Assembly: GCA_973895155.1 (NCBI GenBank)
Contig: OZ316897.1
Coordinates: 5,531,327 to 5,595,326 of the forward strand
Reading direction: 5' to 3'
Source: Marsupella aquatica
Taxonomy: Eukaryota > Plantae > Marchantiophyta
DNA length: 64,000 nt
Shown: piece after piece, positions 1 through 11,794 of the stretch
Layout of the letters: every line of letters begins with the position of its first letter
Position numbering within the stretch: position 1 is the stretch's first letter
The notes under the pieces: generated by a model
The model's input: the letters and a program-made list of their open reading frames with translations, nothing else
Told to the model about the DNA's origin: nothing
Databases searched by the model: none
Position numbers and translations under genes: made by a program

Positions 1-7
1 CGGAGAC

Positions 8-565
8 ATGGAGAAGAGTATGTGCCCAGAGAAATTAGTGATACATGAGGCTGTAGGGGAGATTGAGGAGAAGCTCAAAACCTTTGCACAGGCTGCAAAA
101 CAATCACATATGGAATTTGTCCAAGCCAAGGAGGAGGAGAGAAGAGCACTAGAGGAAGAACACAAGAACCAGCATGCAAGAGTCAGCAACTGCAAAATAT
201 CAGGCCTTGTTGAGGAGGAGAAGGAAGACACCAAGAAGGTAGCAATTTCATTCTTCCAATCTCAGATGAAAGTGCATGACCCTATCATTTTGCAAGCATA
301 TAGGATTGGGCAAAAGAAGGGGGACCTTCCACGTCCAATCTTGGTGAAGTTTGCAGCTGAATCCGAGAAAGCTAGAGTGATGGCTAACAGGAGCATGCTT
401 AAAGGGCTAAGGATTTGGTTGGATGATGATCTGACTCCCACACAAGTCCAAGCAAGGAAAATTGAGCTTGAGAAGGTGAGGGTAGCCAAAGACCAAGGAT
501 TGGTAGCCTACTTGCGCAATGGACAAGCTGTTGTTACCAATAAGAAGAGAGTTGTTTCTAAATGA
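8..565 (+). CDS. LINE ORF1, C-terminal part (coiled coil + RRM/CTD-like RIG..RPILVKF..DDLT)
   Basis: Matches ORF1 of the full-length copies; true start lies upstream of the window. Confidence 0.85.
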   Translation: MEKSMCPEKLVIHEAVGEIEEKLKTFAQAAKQSHMEFVQAKEEERRALEEEHKNQHARVSNCKISGLVEEEKEDTKKVAISFFQSQMKVHDPIILQAYRIGQKKGDLPRPILVKFAAESEKARVMANRSMLKGLRIWLDDDLTPTQVQARKIELEKVRVAKDQGLVAYLRNGQAVVTNKKRVVSK

Positions 566-568
566 TGG

Positions 569-3500
569 ATGGGGACCTTGAGAGTCATGGCATGGAATGT
601 TTCAGGACTTTCCATAGAAACAGCAATTGGAGGGGAACCTTTGTTTGAGAATTTTGACATCTTGCTTTTCACGGAGACTTGGGAATATGAGGGAAATGCT
701 CTACCTAGCATTAAAGGCTTTACTTGCATACAATCCATCTTCAATGAGAAGAAGACCACACGGGGAAGAGGGTTTGGAGGCATTGCTGTCTACACCAAGA
801 ATCAACTTCAACACATCACCTCTATTGAGCATGAAGATCCCAGCAAGCAGTTCATGGTGGTGAGACTTCATACCAGAGGTACTCCATCATTTCTGATTGT
901 CACCTACTTTGCTCCCCTTAATATGAATGTCTATAAGATGGGAATTGCTGATGCACATTATCCCTTTCATAGGTTAATCCAAGTCATTCATGATATATCA
1001 CCACTAGGGGAGACATGGATAGTGGGGGACTTTAATGCCAGGGTATCTAATGAACAATTTACTGAAAGTGAGGACTTAGGAACTTTACCTTGGTCATCAT
1101 GTAGTGAAGAGATACCTTGGTGAGAGAGGCTCTTGACACCAGAACAAATGACATGACACGTCACTTTTTGCATTTGGGAGCTTCTTGTAATCTAAGAATA
1201 TTGAATGGGCTTGAGAGATTTCCCCAATCATCTGGTTACACTTTTAGATCTAAACAAGGATGTAGTACCATTGATTACCTTCTTGCCTCACCTACCTCTG
1301 CCACTAGAGTGGTTAACTTTCAAATACTTGATCAACAACCAGAGTCTTCACACTTGCCTTTGTTGTTCCATCTTGGCCTGACCACAATCCCAAACAAAGT
1401 GCATAGAAAGCCAGTACCCAAACCTCTGTTTCTAGACCCTGATAGAGAAGTCATCTTCAAAGCCAACTTTGAACATCTTCTCCATACCCTGGATGATCAG
1501 ATTGAGCTCTCAGAAATCATAGCACAAGCAGCAGCCTCTACTTTCTCCACCAAACCCCCTAGAAAGCACAACATGAAGGCTTGGTTTGACGAGGATTGTG
1601 CTAGAGCAAGGATGCAAGCAAGATCACATTCAGGGGAAAAGAGACTTTTGGCATTCACTATGTACAAGAACTTCATCAAACACAAGAAGAGGTGCTTCTT
1701 GAAGAGTCATCAACAATCACTATGTGAGGAGTTCATCAAACATCCAAAACGTTTTTGGGAGAGAATGCAATCAGGCAAGACTACTCCCCCCTTGGATCAC
1801 CAGGACCTGGTAACCTATGTCACATCCTTGTATTTCTTTCCAGATGCTAGTGGCATGCCTTTGCCCCTTGGGGACACCATTCAGTTTACAGAGAGGGAGG
1901 TGAAGGTGCATCTTTCCCACATGCAACATGGGAAAGCTAAAGATCTGTTGGGCTTGAACTTGGAGCTTCTTTTGTGGGGAGGACCCTCTTTACTAACAAA
2001 CTTGGTGCATGAGCTGAATCAAGCAATGGCTTTAGGTTTACCTAAAGCTTGGATGACCAGAAGAGTGGTGCCTATCTTCAAGGCAGGCAACAAGGACGAT
2101 GTGCACAACTACAGAACCATCATGGTAGGCAATACTTTTGCTAAAGTTTTGGGAGGACTACTTGAAGCCAGATTAAGCTCTTGGTTGGAGAGTGAGATGA
2201 AAAGGGCACCTTCACAAGCAGGTTTTAGGAGAGAATTCAGCACTATGGATCACATTCTCTGCTTGAGGGTGTTGTGTGAAAAGGCCAAATCTCCACATAA
2301 ACCATTATTTTGCTTGTTTGTGGACTTCTCCAAGGCCTTTGACAAAGTTTCCCGATCCAAGCTTTGGGATAGGATGGTGGAGTTGGAAGTGCCTGAAGAG
2401 CTCAGGTTGGCTGTTTCTAAATTGTACCAAGAAGTGCGCATCAAACTTTCAAAGGAAACCTCTGAAGAAATCTGGAGCACTCTTGGGGTGATCCAAGGTT
2501 GTCCTCTCTCACCAACTCTCTCTGGCATCTTCATTGATCAGCTACACAACATTTTGGAGGAGCATGGTGGAGTTGGCACTCAATTGGGTAGGTTTGTCCT
2601 CCAACTTCTTATATTTGCAGATGATGTGGTCCTACTTGCTCATGCTCAAGAAGCTTTGCAAAGACATCTCAATGCCTTGGAGGAGTTTTGTCAAGCAACA
2701 GGGATGGTAGTCAACCTCAAGAAGACCAAGTGTTTGGGCATTGGCACACGACAAAATCCAGAGCTCTACTTCCAAGGGAATCTGGTGGAATTTGTGAGGA
2801 CCTACAAATACCTTGGGGTGGAGTTCTCTCAAAACTTGAGTTGGGCCTCATGTGTAAAATCTAGGGCTGCCAATGGGTACAGAGCTTTTTATGCATTCAT
2901 GAACAAATGCAAAAGAGCTGGTCTACACACTTGGAGGTTAAGGAAACATTTCTTTGGAGCTTTGGTGAAACCAGTCATTCTTTATGGAGCACCAATTTGG
3001 GGAGCAGGTGTGTCTAAATCTGGGTGGCAACAGATTGAGGGGCTGCAAAAGCTATTTCTTGAGATGGAGCTTGGGATCAAGTCACAAACCCCATATACAC
3101 TTACACTTGCAGAGGCAGGCTTGTTTCCTTTGGAGGTGGAGGCACTCTTTCACACACTCAAATACATCATGCGTGTAAGAGAGTTGGAGGAAAACAGATT
3201 TCCTTTTCATGCCTTGCGCTCATCTTCAGCTACAGGGTGGTATGCAGATGTGTGCAGGTGGGCCCATGCTTGGGATTTTCCTGAACATGAATGGCCAACA
3301 CACCCAACCAAGCTAAGAGCAAAACTTGAGCAAAAGGCTTTGCACAAACTTTGGCATGAACCTAGCCCACGGCAACAATACTACATGAGAGATGTGAACC
3401 CCATGAAGAAATATCGAGAACAAGAATACTTATCTAGCACTATCTCAGTACAACTTAGACAACTTATTGCTCAGTATAGACTAAGCTCACACCACCTTGA

Positions 3501-3798
3501 AGTAGAACAAGGGAGATGGAAGGATATTGACAGGAAAAAGAGGGTTTGTCAACTATGTGATAGCTCTAGTATAGAGAATGAATATCATGTATTCATTGCT
3601 TGCAAGTTTTATGAGGGGGTTAGGATGGCATCTCAAATCTTGGTGAAAGATTTGTATGCATTGTTTGGTCTGCCCCCTCAGCAACTTGGAAGATATATCT
3701 TTGCGGTGGATAGGGAAAGGAGAATAGGTTTGGAAAATCTTTCAGGGCTCTCTAGGTCCACAGGGCTCTCTAGGTCCATAGTTTCTTTGAGGACATAG
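569..3798 (+). pseudogene. LINE ORF2 (AP endonuclease, reverse transcriptase, C-terminal CCHC-like motif) with a 1-nt frameshift near 1120
   Basis: Motifs AWNV, LFTETW, GDFNA, IDY, SSH, QAGFR, DFSKAFD, QGCPLSP, FADD, YKYLG, CxxC..H..C; reads CCTTGGTGAG where intact copies read CCTTGGGTGAG. Confidence 0.93.
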
Positions 3799-3927
3799 TT
3801 GTCCTCTTCTGAGCAATCTCTTTTGCTCTTTTCTTTGATTGCATTGTACTTTACTTTTTGTGGCAGCTCCTTTGACTTTCATGGTCCCGGAGCTTATAAT
3901 ACATTACCATTACCATTACCATTACCA

Positions 3928-4749
3928 CTTGCAGAGGCAGGCTTGTTTCCTTTGGAGGTGGAGGCACTCTTTCACACACTCAAATACATCATGCGTGTAA
4001 GAGAGTTGGAGGAAAACAGATTTCCTTTTCATGCCTTGCGCTCATCTTCAGCTAAAGGGTGGTATGCAGATGTGTGCAGGTGGGCCCATGCTTGGGATTT
4101 TCCTGAACATGAATGGCCAACACACCCAACCAAGCTAAGAGCAAAACTTGAGCAAAAGGCTTTGCACAAACTTTGGCATGAACCTAGCCCACGGCAACAA
4201 TACTACATGAGAGATGTGAACCCCATGAAGAAATATCGAGAACAAGAATACTTATCTAGCACTATCTCAGTACAACTTAGACAACTTATTGCTCAGTATA
4301 GACTAAGCTCACACCACCTTGAAGTAGAACAAGGGAGATGGAAGGATATTGACAGGAAAAAGAGGGTTTGTCAACTATGTGATAGCTCTAGTATAGAGAA
4401 TGAATATCATGTATTCATTGCTTGCAAGTTTTATGAGGGGGTTAGGATGGCATCTCAAATCTTGGTGAAAGATTTGTATGCATTGTTTGGTCTGCCCCCT
4501 CAGCAACTTGGAAGATATATCTTTGCGGTGGATAGGGAAAGGAGAATAGGTTTGGAAAATCTTTCAGGGCTCTCTAGGTCCACAGGGCTCTCTAGGTCCA
4601 TAGTTTCTTTGAGGACATAGTTGTCCTCTTCTGAGCAATCTCTTTTGCTCTTTTCTTTGATTGCATTGTACTTTACTTTTTGTGGCAGCTCCTTTGACTT
4701 TCATGGTCCCGGAGCTTATAATACATTACCATTACCATTACCATTACCA
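3928..4749 (+). mobile_element. LINE 3' fragment L2 (822-bp head-to-tail unit)
   Basis: Starts at CTTGCAGAGGC in ORF2 directly after the L1 tail; ends in (TTACCA)4. Confidence 0.93.
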
Positions 4750-5555
4750 CTTGCAGAGGCAGGCTTGTTTCCTTTGGAGGTGGAGGCACTCTTTCACACA
4801 CTCAAATACATCATGCGTGTAAGAGAGTTGGAGGAAAACAGATTTCCTTTTCATGCCTTGCGCTCATCTTCAGCTAAAGGGTGGTATGCAGATGTGTGCA
4901 GGTGGGCCCATGCTTGGGATTTTCCTGAACATGAATGGCCAACACACCCAACCAAGCTAAGAGCAAAACTTGAGCAAAAGGCTTTGCACAAACTTTGGCA
5001 TGAACCTAGCCCACGGCAACAATACTACATGAGAGATGTGAACCCCATGAAGAAATATCGAGAACAAGAATACTTATCTAGCACTATCTCAGTACAACTT
5101 AGACAACTTATTGCTCAGTATAGACTAAGCTCACACCACCTTGAAGTAGAACAAGGGAGATGGAAGGATATTGACAGGAAAAAGAGGGTTTGTCAACTAT
5201 GTGATAGCTCTAGTATAGAGAATGAATATCATGTATTCATTGCTTGCAAGTTTTATGAGGGGGTTAGGATGGCATCTCAAATCTTGGTGAAAGATTTGTA
5301 TGCATTGTTTGGTCTGCCCCCTCAGCAACTTGGAAGATATATCTTTGCGGTGGATAGGGAAAGGAGAATAGGTTTGGAAAATCTTTCAGGGCTCTCTAGG
5401 TCCATAGTTTCTTTGAGGACATAGTTGTCCTCTTCTGAGCAATCTCTTTTGGTTGCTCTTTTCTTTGATTGGATTGTACTTTACTTTTTGTGGCAGCTCC
5501 TTTGACTTTCATGGTCCCGGAGCTTATAATACATTACCATTACCATTACCATTAC
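4750..5555 (+). mobile_element. LINE 3' fragment L3
   Basis: Same 5' junction as L2; lacks the 18-bp duplication and the 4-bp UTR deletion; tail ends ~5555. Confidence 0.93.
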
Positions 5556-5969
5556 AACATCATTTCAGAACAGTCTAGTTCAGAAAGCACAGTTCGGCCT
5601 ACGAGAAGGAAAAATAAAATCCATGCAAGGATGGAGTAATTTATGGTGGGACCCACCATAAATCCAGTTATAGGCTAAAACAACCGATCGGTGAAGAAGG
5701 GTTCTGGCATTTGCAATATTGGAGCTGGACAGAGTGTGAAAACTAGCACCAGGCGCTAACAAAGCTTTAACAGGGACAAACGTTTAAGTTAAGGGACAAC
5801 AACATGACAATAACCAGATAAAATTCAAAATTTAACACTATTAATGTTCTAGAACCAGCGCCAGGCGCTAACCAAAAGCAAGAAAAAACCAGTGTTATAT
5901 CCGTTGACTATAGACAAAAACCATAGTATCCGTTATGAAAAATGACCGTCTCTAGAATGGCGTGTTACT

Positions 5970-8900
5970 CTACAAACCATTCGCGTTCTGCCTATCCAGC
6001 ACGAGTCTGACTTCCACAACTGTGAAAATGGGCTGCCTACACAGGGTAGACTCCTCTACTTGAAACTTGAAGTCATTTATAAACACCCAATACAAATGTT
6101 TACAAGGCATATATGGCTTGCCGCGAGAATGACAACGGAAGAAATCCTCACAGGAACAGGTTGGGAAGACGCAAATTTGGACAAAGTAAGTGTTTGGGGA
6201 TCAAAGGTTCTCGTGGGTCCGGATTTTGAATTGCTTCCCAAATGCAATTCCAATACCCACATCCCACTCACCATCCAGAGTCATAGCTTCTTTCCGAGCC
6301 GACTCCATTTGTGTACTGTGAGCCAAAGTTAGATTTGATCAAGGTTTGGAGTTTCTCCCATTCTTGGTCCGAAGGCATACGTTGGGGTTGGCAAAATTGA
6401 TTCTTTCAGGAAATGCGTTTACATTAATTCTCAAGTCGAATGGAACAGGTGCATCTTGAGACGTCGCAACTGTTTGGACCATCGAGACTTGTGCTTCAAG
6501 GAACTCTACCTTGGTAGGTGACAGGTTGGTCCCTTTCACAATTGGCAAGATATCTGGCACAGGAGGAAGGCGTTCAACACCACGACGCGGATGGCTCTTG
6601 TAGCATGTTTTGTTTGGGCAGAAACCATATCATTTTTGCAATGGGTGTGCCTCTGAAAATGCAATGTCTATTGACAACAATGCCGACAACACCTGCTGCC
6701 AAATGGAACCCGACTTTTGACACGATTTTGACACTCATCCCTCTCAGAATTTCCGTGCAAAGTCCCATTGCACTGAGGCCCTGCCCCATATTTGGCCGTC
6801 CGCCGCAAATGCCAGGTCCCTCTAGGAACGTCCATTTCCAAAGGAGTTGACTCTGTCGGCAAACATTGAAGAACAATCGGAGCACTGAGTGGGGGTTGTG
6901 ATGATGTTGTTGTTCCTCTGGCTTCAGGGGTGTTCGCAAGGAAATCACTTCCATTCGTTGAAGTGTCGCTCCCGCCGAGGCCCACTATGGGATTTGTTAC
7001 ATTTTTGGGAAAGGAAGTGAAGGCAGTGTTGTTGAGATTCTTCCGTTTGAACCCTTGAGTATTTGGTGTAGTGATGAGAATGGTGTCATGCCGATGGGAG
7101 TCTTGTGGCGAGACAATCCTAGTTGCAAGTCCCTTCCTCTTAACCGACTTTGTGACAATATCTCCATTTAGAGGAGAGCTCCTATCCAGATCCAAATCAG
7201 CAGCGTTGGAAAGAATCATGTTGGTTGCTTCTTCAAATAACTTGGGTGAACCAGATTGGTCTGTGGATCGGAATGCTAATTCCCAGATAGTTGGCCCCTT
7301 CCCTCTATTGAGTCCCTTCAGATATGCGCTGTAACCTGGAACTTGTGATAGAGCTCGATTTTGATCAACTTTGCATGCTTCAAAGAGACCCACCAATTTT
7401 TTTGTAGCCCATGCTTTCATGGAGGCGTGCCTTGACTCTGACCCGGTACAGTTTGGAATGAGCGCACCTTCTTCTGCGCTTTTGCTCTGCAATGAAGCCC
7501 GTCCAGACAAAATTTAGTTCTTTTGTATAAGCAGCGCCAAGCGCTAGCAATGAGTAGGAGATAATAAAACAAGGTTTATCGGTACAAGTTTCATTTTCTG
7601 TAATGTTTGAAGGTTTTCAGAGTGAAAATTAAAGTAGCGCCTAGCGCTAGTATAAACACACTGAGGTTTGACTAATAAATGCATCAGGAAAACTTACCAC
7701 ACAAATAAAATTCCCTCACTGACGCCATCGAACAACCCACCAAGATATCCAACTCTGCAACATCATGAGCTTTCCTGGGACAGAGTTTCCCGCTTGCCAC
7801 CACAACACGATCTCCCTCGAAACTCGATACGCCGCAACGAACGTTGGAGCATTCCGCAGTTTCTCCCATAGTTGTCGATGTTTTGGTTGCTTACCCTCCA
7901 AAACTCCTTCTGTAGAATGTCAATGGAAAGACTGGTAAAAGTGAAATGCATCAGAGCGTTCACGTTCAGGGTCTGGGTGCCCTCCAAAAAAGACATTGCA
8001 AATGACGATCCATCCAGCCTGAGCGTTGTCAGCCATAAAACCTTGAATGACAACGTCCTATAACCCATTTTCCTTACAAACCTCAATCATAATTCTCCAC
8101 GCTTTCTCAAAGGACTCCGTGTCTTCAGCTTTTAGTTTGCATGTGAAGATTGTATAGAGAGCTCGGAAGTTGTGATCGTAAACATGTGCATTGAAAGTAA
8201 ACCAGTCGGTTGTCACTCGCTTCATCACATCAAAACTCACCCAAGCTCCTTCCAATCTTTTGTCGGGTTGCATTTGCCGGAGAAGATCTACACCAGATCC
8301 ATGACCCTTGACTGTCATTTTGAATATATGGGGCCTATCTGCTACACAACCCTGACCCGGCAGTAGATACCTTTGGAGGAAATAAATGTTATTTGACCTT
8401 TGCATCCGAGCTAGGAAATCTAACTCACCACGACCAGCCTGGTCCATTTGAACGCTTTGACAAAGCAATGCAAATTTCTGGGGGGTAGACAGTACCATGA
8501 GAGACTTCCAAATCTCCGTTTCTTCAATATCTACTATGTCGTCGACGTTTTTGCAAAGAGCTTTCACGAGCAAACCGGTTGCGGAATTTAAAATACCAAC
8601 CGGCTTTGCTAGAGGATTGGCTTCATGATTTTTTCTTATCAAATCCTGAGCTATCTTCTCAGCACTCCTCGAGAAAACTTTCCTACTCGGATGGTTATGC
8701 TCACCTATATGAACTGCAAGCCGAGACATGTGACTACAGGTCTCTGTATCAAGAAGGACCTGAGGGTACAAATAAAACAAGCGAGCAGGGCAAGACTTCA
8801 CACAGAAAGGAATCTGCTCAATAGTGACAGACTACACCACCCTCTTCAATCAACGAACCCACCACGTGTTGGCCATTGAGTTTAGGAGCACCATGCAGGC

Positions 8901-9260
8901 CTTTGCATTGCATCTCTTCTTTTGCTGAAAGTACTCACAGGACTTGTTCTTGCACTTGCGCGATGAACCCGATACACGTAACCTTACCAAATTCCCAATG
9001 TTTCTTTGGATGCACGTTCGTAGTTGTTGGAAAACTTCAGGTCCAAATGTAACAATCTTTGGGACGGTCCATGTCACGAAGTCTAGATCCCTTGGAGAGC
9101 ATTCCCTCAATGGGAGGCAGTTCAAATACAACATTTCCATTGTACTTGTCTGGCAAACAAGGAACTTGCTCATGCCGGAAGTCCCCTGATGAGATAAATC
9201 TTGACAGTTCACTATGTCCCATGGCCTTGAGTAAGGCGTCCATTGCACTCCTTTGGTAGA
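5970..9260 (-). pseudogene. Degenerate Mutator-like (MULE) transposase: GCM/WRKY-like N-terminus, DDE core, C-terminal SWIM finger
   Basis: Hand translation across stops: CKNKSCEYF, SCPARL..HIGEHNHP, WVSFDVMK, GFMADNAQAGW..VF..DAFHF, G.GP, PIVKGTNLS, and YFVQICVFPTCSCEDF..PCKHLYWV (SWIM, ~6080-6195); many stops and frameshifts; AT-rich probable intron ~7511-7695. Confidence 0.72.
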
Positions 9261-9264
9261 ATTT

Positions 9265-10318
9265 AACGTCCGTCCTCATCAAGCTGACTGAGCACGGACC
9301 CGATACAAAATCCTGTCACATCAACATACACATGGAACTCCTTATTCCAGTCCGGAGTGACCATGATAGGTGCGGTGGTGAGTCATTTACGGAGTTCTTT
9401 GAAAGCAATCCGTCTCTTGGGTGTCTCCTCGATCACCGCGTCCTTCTTTATCATCTCAGTTAAGGGCAATGCAATCCTAGCAAAACCTTTAATGAATCGA
9501 CGATAGTACCCTACACAGCCCAAGAAGGATCGTACCGCTTTTTGATCTATGGGAAACACCACCGCCATCCAAGCCGCGACCTTCTCTTGGTCCACCTCGA
9601 TACCCCGTTTGGACACACACACTCCCTCCTCTATCCTGAAAAAACATTTGGCGGGATGTAGCTTGAGGTTAACCTCTCGGCATCGTTGTAGTGTACGTCG
9701 TAGATGTTCGGGGTGCATAGCGATGGTTCCAAAGATGGCGAAGTCGTTGATAAATATTTCCAGAAATTCCCGTAGGAAATCATGGAAGATATTCATCATG
9801 AGTCGCTAAAACATGGCCAGGGTGTTACACAACCCGAACGGCATTCTCCGAAATGCAAATGGCCCCCATTCCGTAGTGAACGTTGTTTTGAGCTGATCCA
9901 AGAGGCGGATCCAGATTTGATTATAACCCAAATACCCGTCAAGGAATGTATAAATTTTGTTTCGGGCTACCATATCTAGAACCATATCCGTGAATGGTAA
10001 CGAGTAATGGTCTTTTCGAGTTGCGTCGTTCAGCTTACGATAGTCCTGACAGATCCAAATCTTAGGTTTTCCGTCCGTACCTCCCTTATTTGGTACAATG
10101 ACAATGGGAGAAACCCAGTCGCTGGCCATTACCGGGTAGATGATATCTGCGGCGAGGAGACGATCGATTTCCTCCTTCACTAAGATGGAGTACCTCGGGT
10201 TCATGCGACATTGTTGCTGCCGTACTGCATGGGCCCCCAGGTTCAAATCGATCGTGTTTTCTCCCAACTCGGGGGAGACTCCCGTCAAATTGTGATGGCT
10301 CCATGCGAACACATCTTC
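9265..10318 (-). pseudogene. pol: Gypsy G1 pol: reverse transcriptase and start of RNase H (Athila/Tat-like), 3'-truncated
   Basis: WVSPIVIVP, CQDYRKLN, DGYLGYNQI, MPFGLCN, FINDF (degenerate YxDD), VRSFLG..GYYRRFIKGF, APIMVTPDWNKEFHVYVD. Confidence 0.9.
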
Positions 10319-10323
10319 ATATT

Positions 10324-11789
10324 AGTGGTGGACCTAGCCACCCACACCCTCACCAATCCCAACACTTGCGCCTAAGTGCCCTTGGTGCCCAAACGCCTCC
10401 ACGGAATACCTCGAGCAAGCATCCAAGTGCCTCTAGCACCGCCAGTGGCCACTCCCATACGAAGCCGCACTTGCTCACCTACACGACCGCTACTCAACGG
10501 TCCTCACTGTCTGCACAAACAACCAAGCACCTCGGTAAGTAACCCCTCAGGATCTAGAACTCGCCCAGTCTAGCATCCTAACTCAAGCTCAACAGACGTT
10601 GGTAAATAGGTCAGCGATAGGTCCTCCCGATGCCATAAGCCGGAACCAGAACCCACGCTCACTGTCCGTCCAGGACAACTCCTTCCTTGGGCGCGGCCCG
10701 GGTTCCCCCTCGTACCTATCCATCACCAACTGACCGCCCTGACCTCAGGACATGCTCATGGCCCAAATAGTGTAGCTTGTCCTAAAGCTTGTCTCAACAC
10801 GTCGGGACCATAACGGCCCCGACCCTAACACCCACTCCCGGTTCGCCGCACTGATGGTCCAGGGACCAAGCGCCCTTGGGACTCAGCCTCCATACCTACT
10901 TGGCCTTGCCTCCCCAACGCAAGCTCCCTTGGGAGGCTGACCGCGGCTTGGCTGCTATTCAGCAGGTTTGGTAAACGGACGAGCTAACACCCGCAAACCA
11001 CAAGAACCCATGGCACCCCCAGACCCATCTGATCTCAGGAGGGCGTAGCCCTCCTCAAGAGATTTCCAACACACCTAAGAAGTCCTCCAACGGACTTCCT
11101 GTTGGAAAGATATCGTCATTTCTGTTTGGCGGTTTTCCTTAGTGTCGCGACCGCCGCGGCTCACGACTTCAGCTCGCCCTTAGCCCCCAGGGAGGCACCA
11201 CTCCCCTCATATATGCTTCTGGAGACCTGCCACCCCCGGACCAACTTTGGTCCCGAAACATTTGGCCCCCAACCCGGATCCCATCACGCATAATGGGCGT
11301 GCCACCAACTGGCAACGCCCATAACTTTCTTAATAGGCATCCGCAAGCGGAGTGCCTTAGCCCGTTGTGTCCAGGCCAACCCCGTGCTCATGCCTAGGCC
11401 CTCAGGTCTGATCGCCGCTCAGGACCCCGGATCAGGCCACAACTTGTGCCCCAAGCATCCGTTGCCAATGGCGTCAACTCCATTGGCCTTGGGCCCAAGA
11501 GCAGCTCACTCCCAAGCCCTTAGAACTCAAAGCCCATCCGAGGGTCTGGACGGCCATCCTTGAGCCCGGCCCATTTCTCCTTGACCCTACCAGCTATAGG
11601 CTAGTCCAAGTCCTTAGTGTGTGTACCCAGCTTGGCCCCTTGCCTCGCTAGTGCCACGTCTTATTGCCCACAAGTCTCCGCATGCTAAGTCCTCCCTGGA
11701 TGGCCTATCCGGGCCTGGACCATAAGGGAGCTCGGCGTCGGAGTCAGCGACGCCGGAGCTAAGTGTTAAGGTAGTCGAGTTCCGCGACT
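10324..11789. mobile_element. 1.47-kb non-coding insertion with AGT...ACT ends and 5-bp TSD (ATATT); probable non-canonical solo LTR
   Basis: ATATT at 10319-10323 and 11790-11794; removal restores G1 pol (LLKEY|EDVFAW); inverted homolog at 59070-60545. Confidence 0.85.
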
Positions 11790-11794
11790 ATATT

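Larger units (their letters stand above)
1..3927 (+). mobile_element. LINE copy L1 (RTE-X-like non-LTR retrotransposon), 5' end outside window
   Basis: ORF1 remainder, APE-RT ORF2, ~100-bp 3'UTR and (TTACCA)4 tail ending 3927; near-identical to full-length copies at 32107 and 52431. Confidence 0.95.

Noticed and set aside
3903-3927. (TTACCA)n as a telomeric repeat
   Set aside because: Only 2-4 units, always at LINE 3' ends, and not TTTAGGG-like; short-repeat tails are normal for RTE-type LINEs.
3799-5424. 273-aa and 267-aa ORFs with signal-peptide-like N-termini
   Set aside because: TTG-start artefacts: 3'UTR plus tail (LPLPLP) happen to be in frame with the next ORF2 fragment.
11728-11789. 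Subterminal hairpin suggesting a Helitron
   Set aside because: No TC/CTRR ends, and both copies have 5-bp TSDs, which Helitrons do not make.
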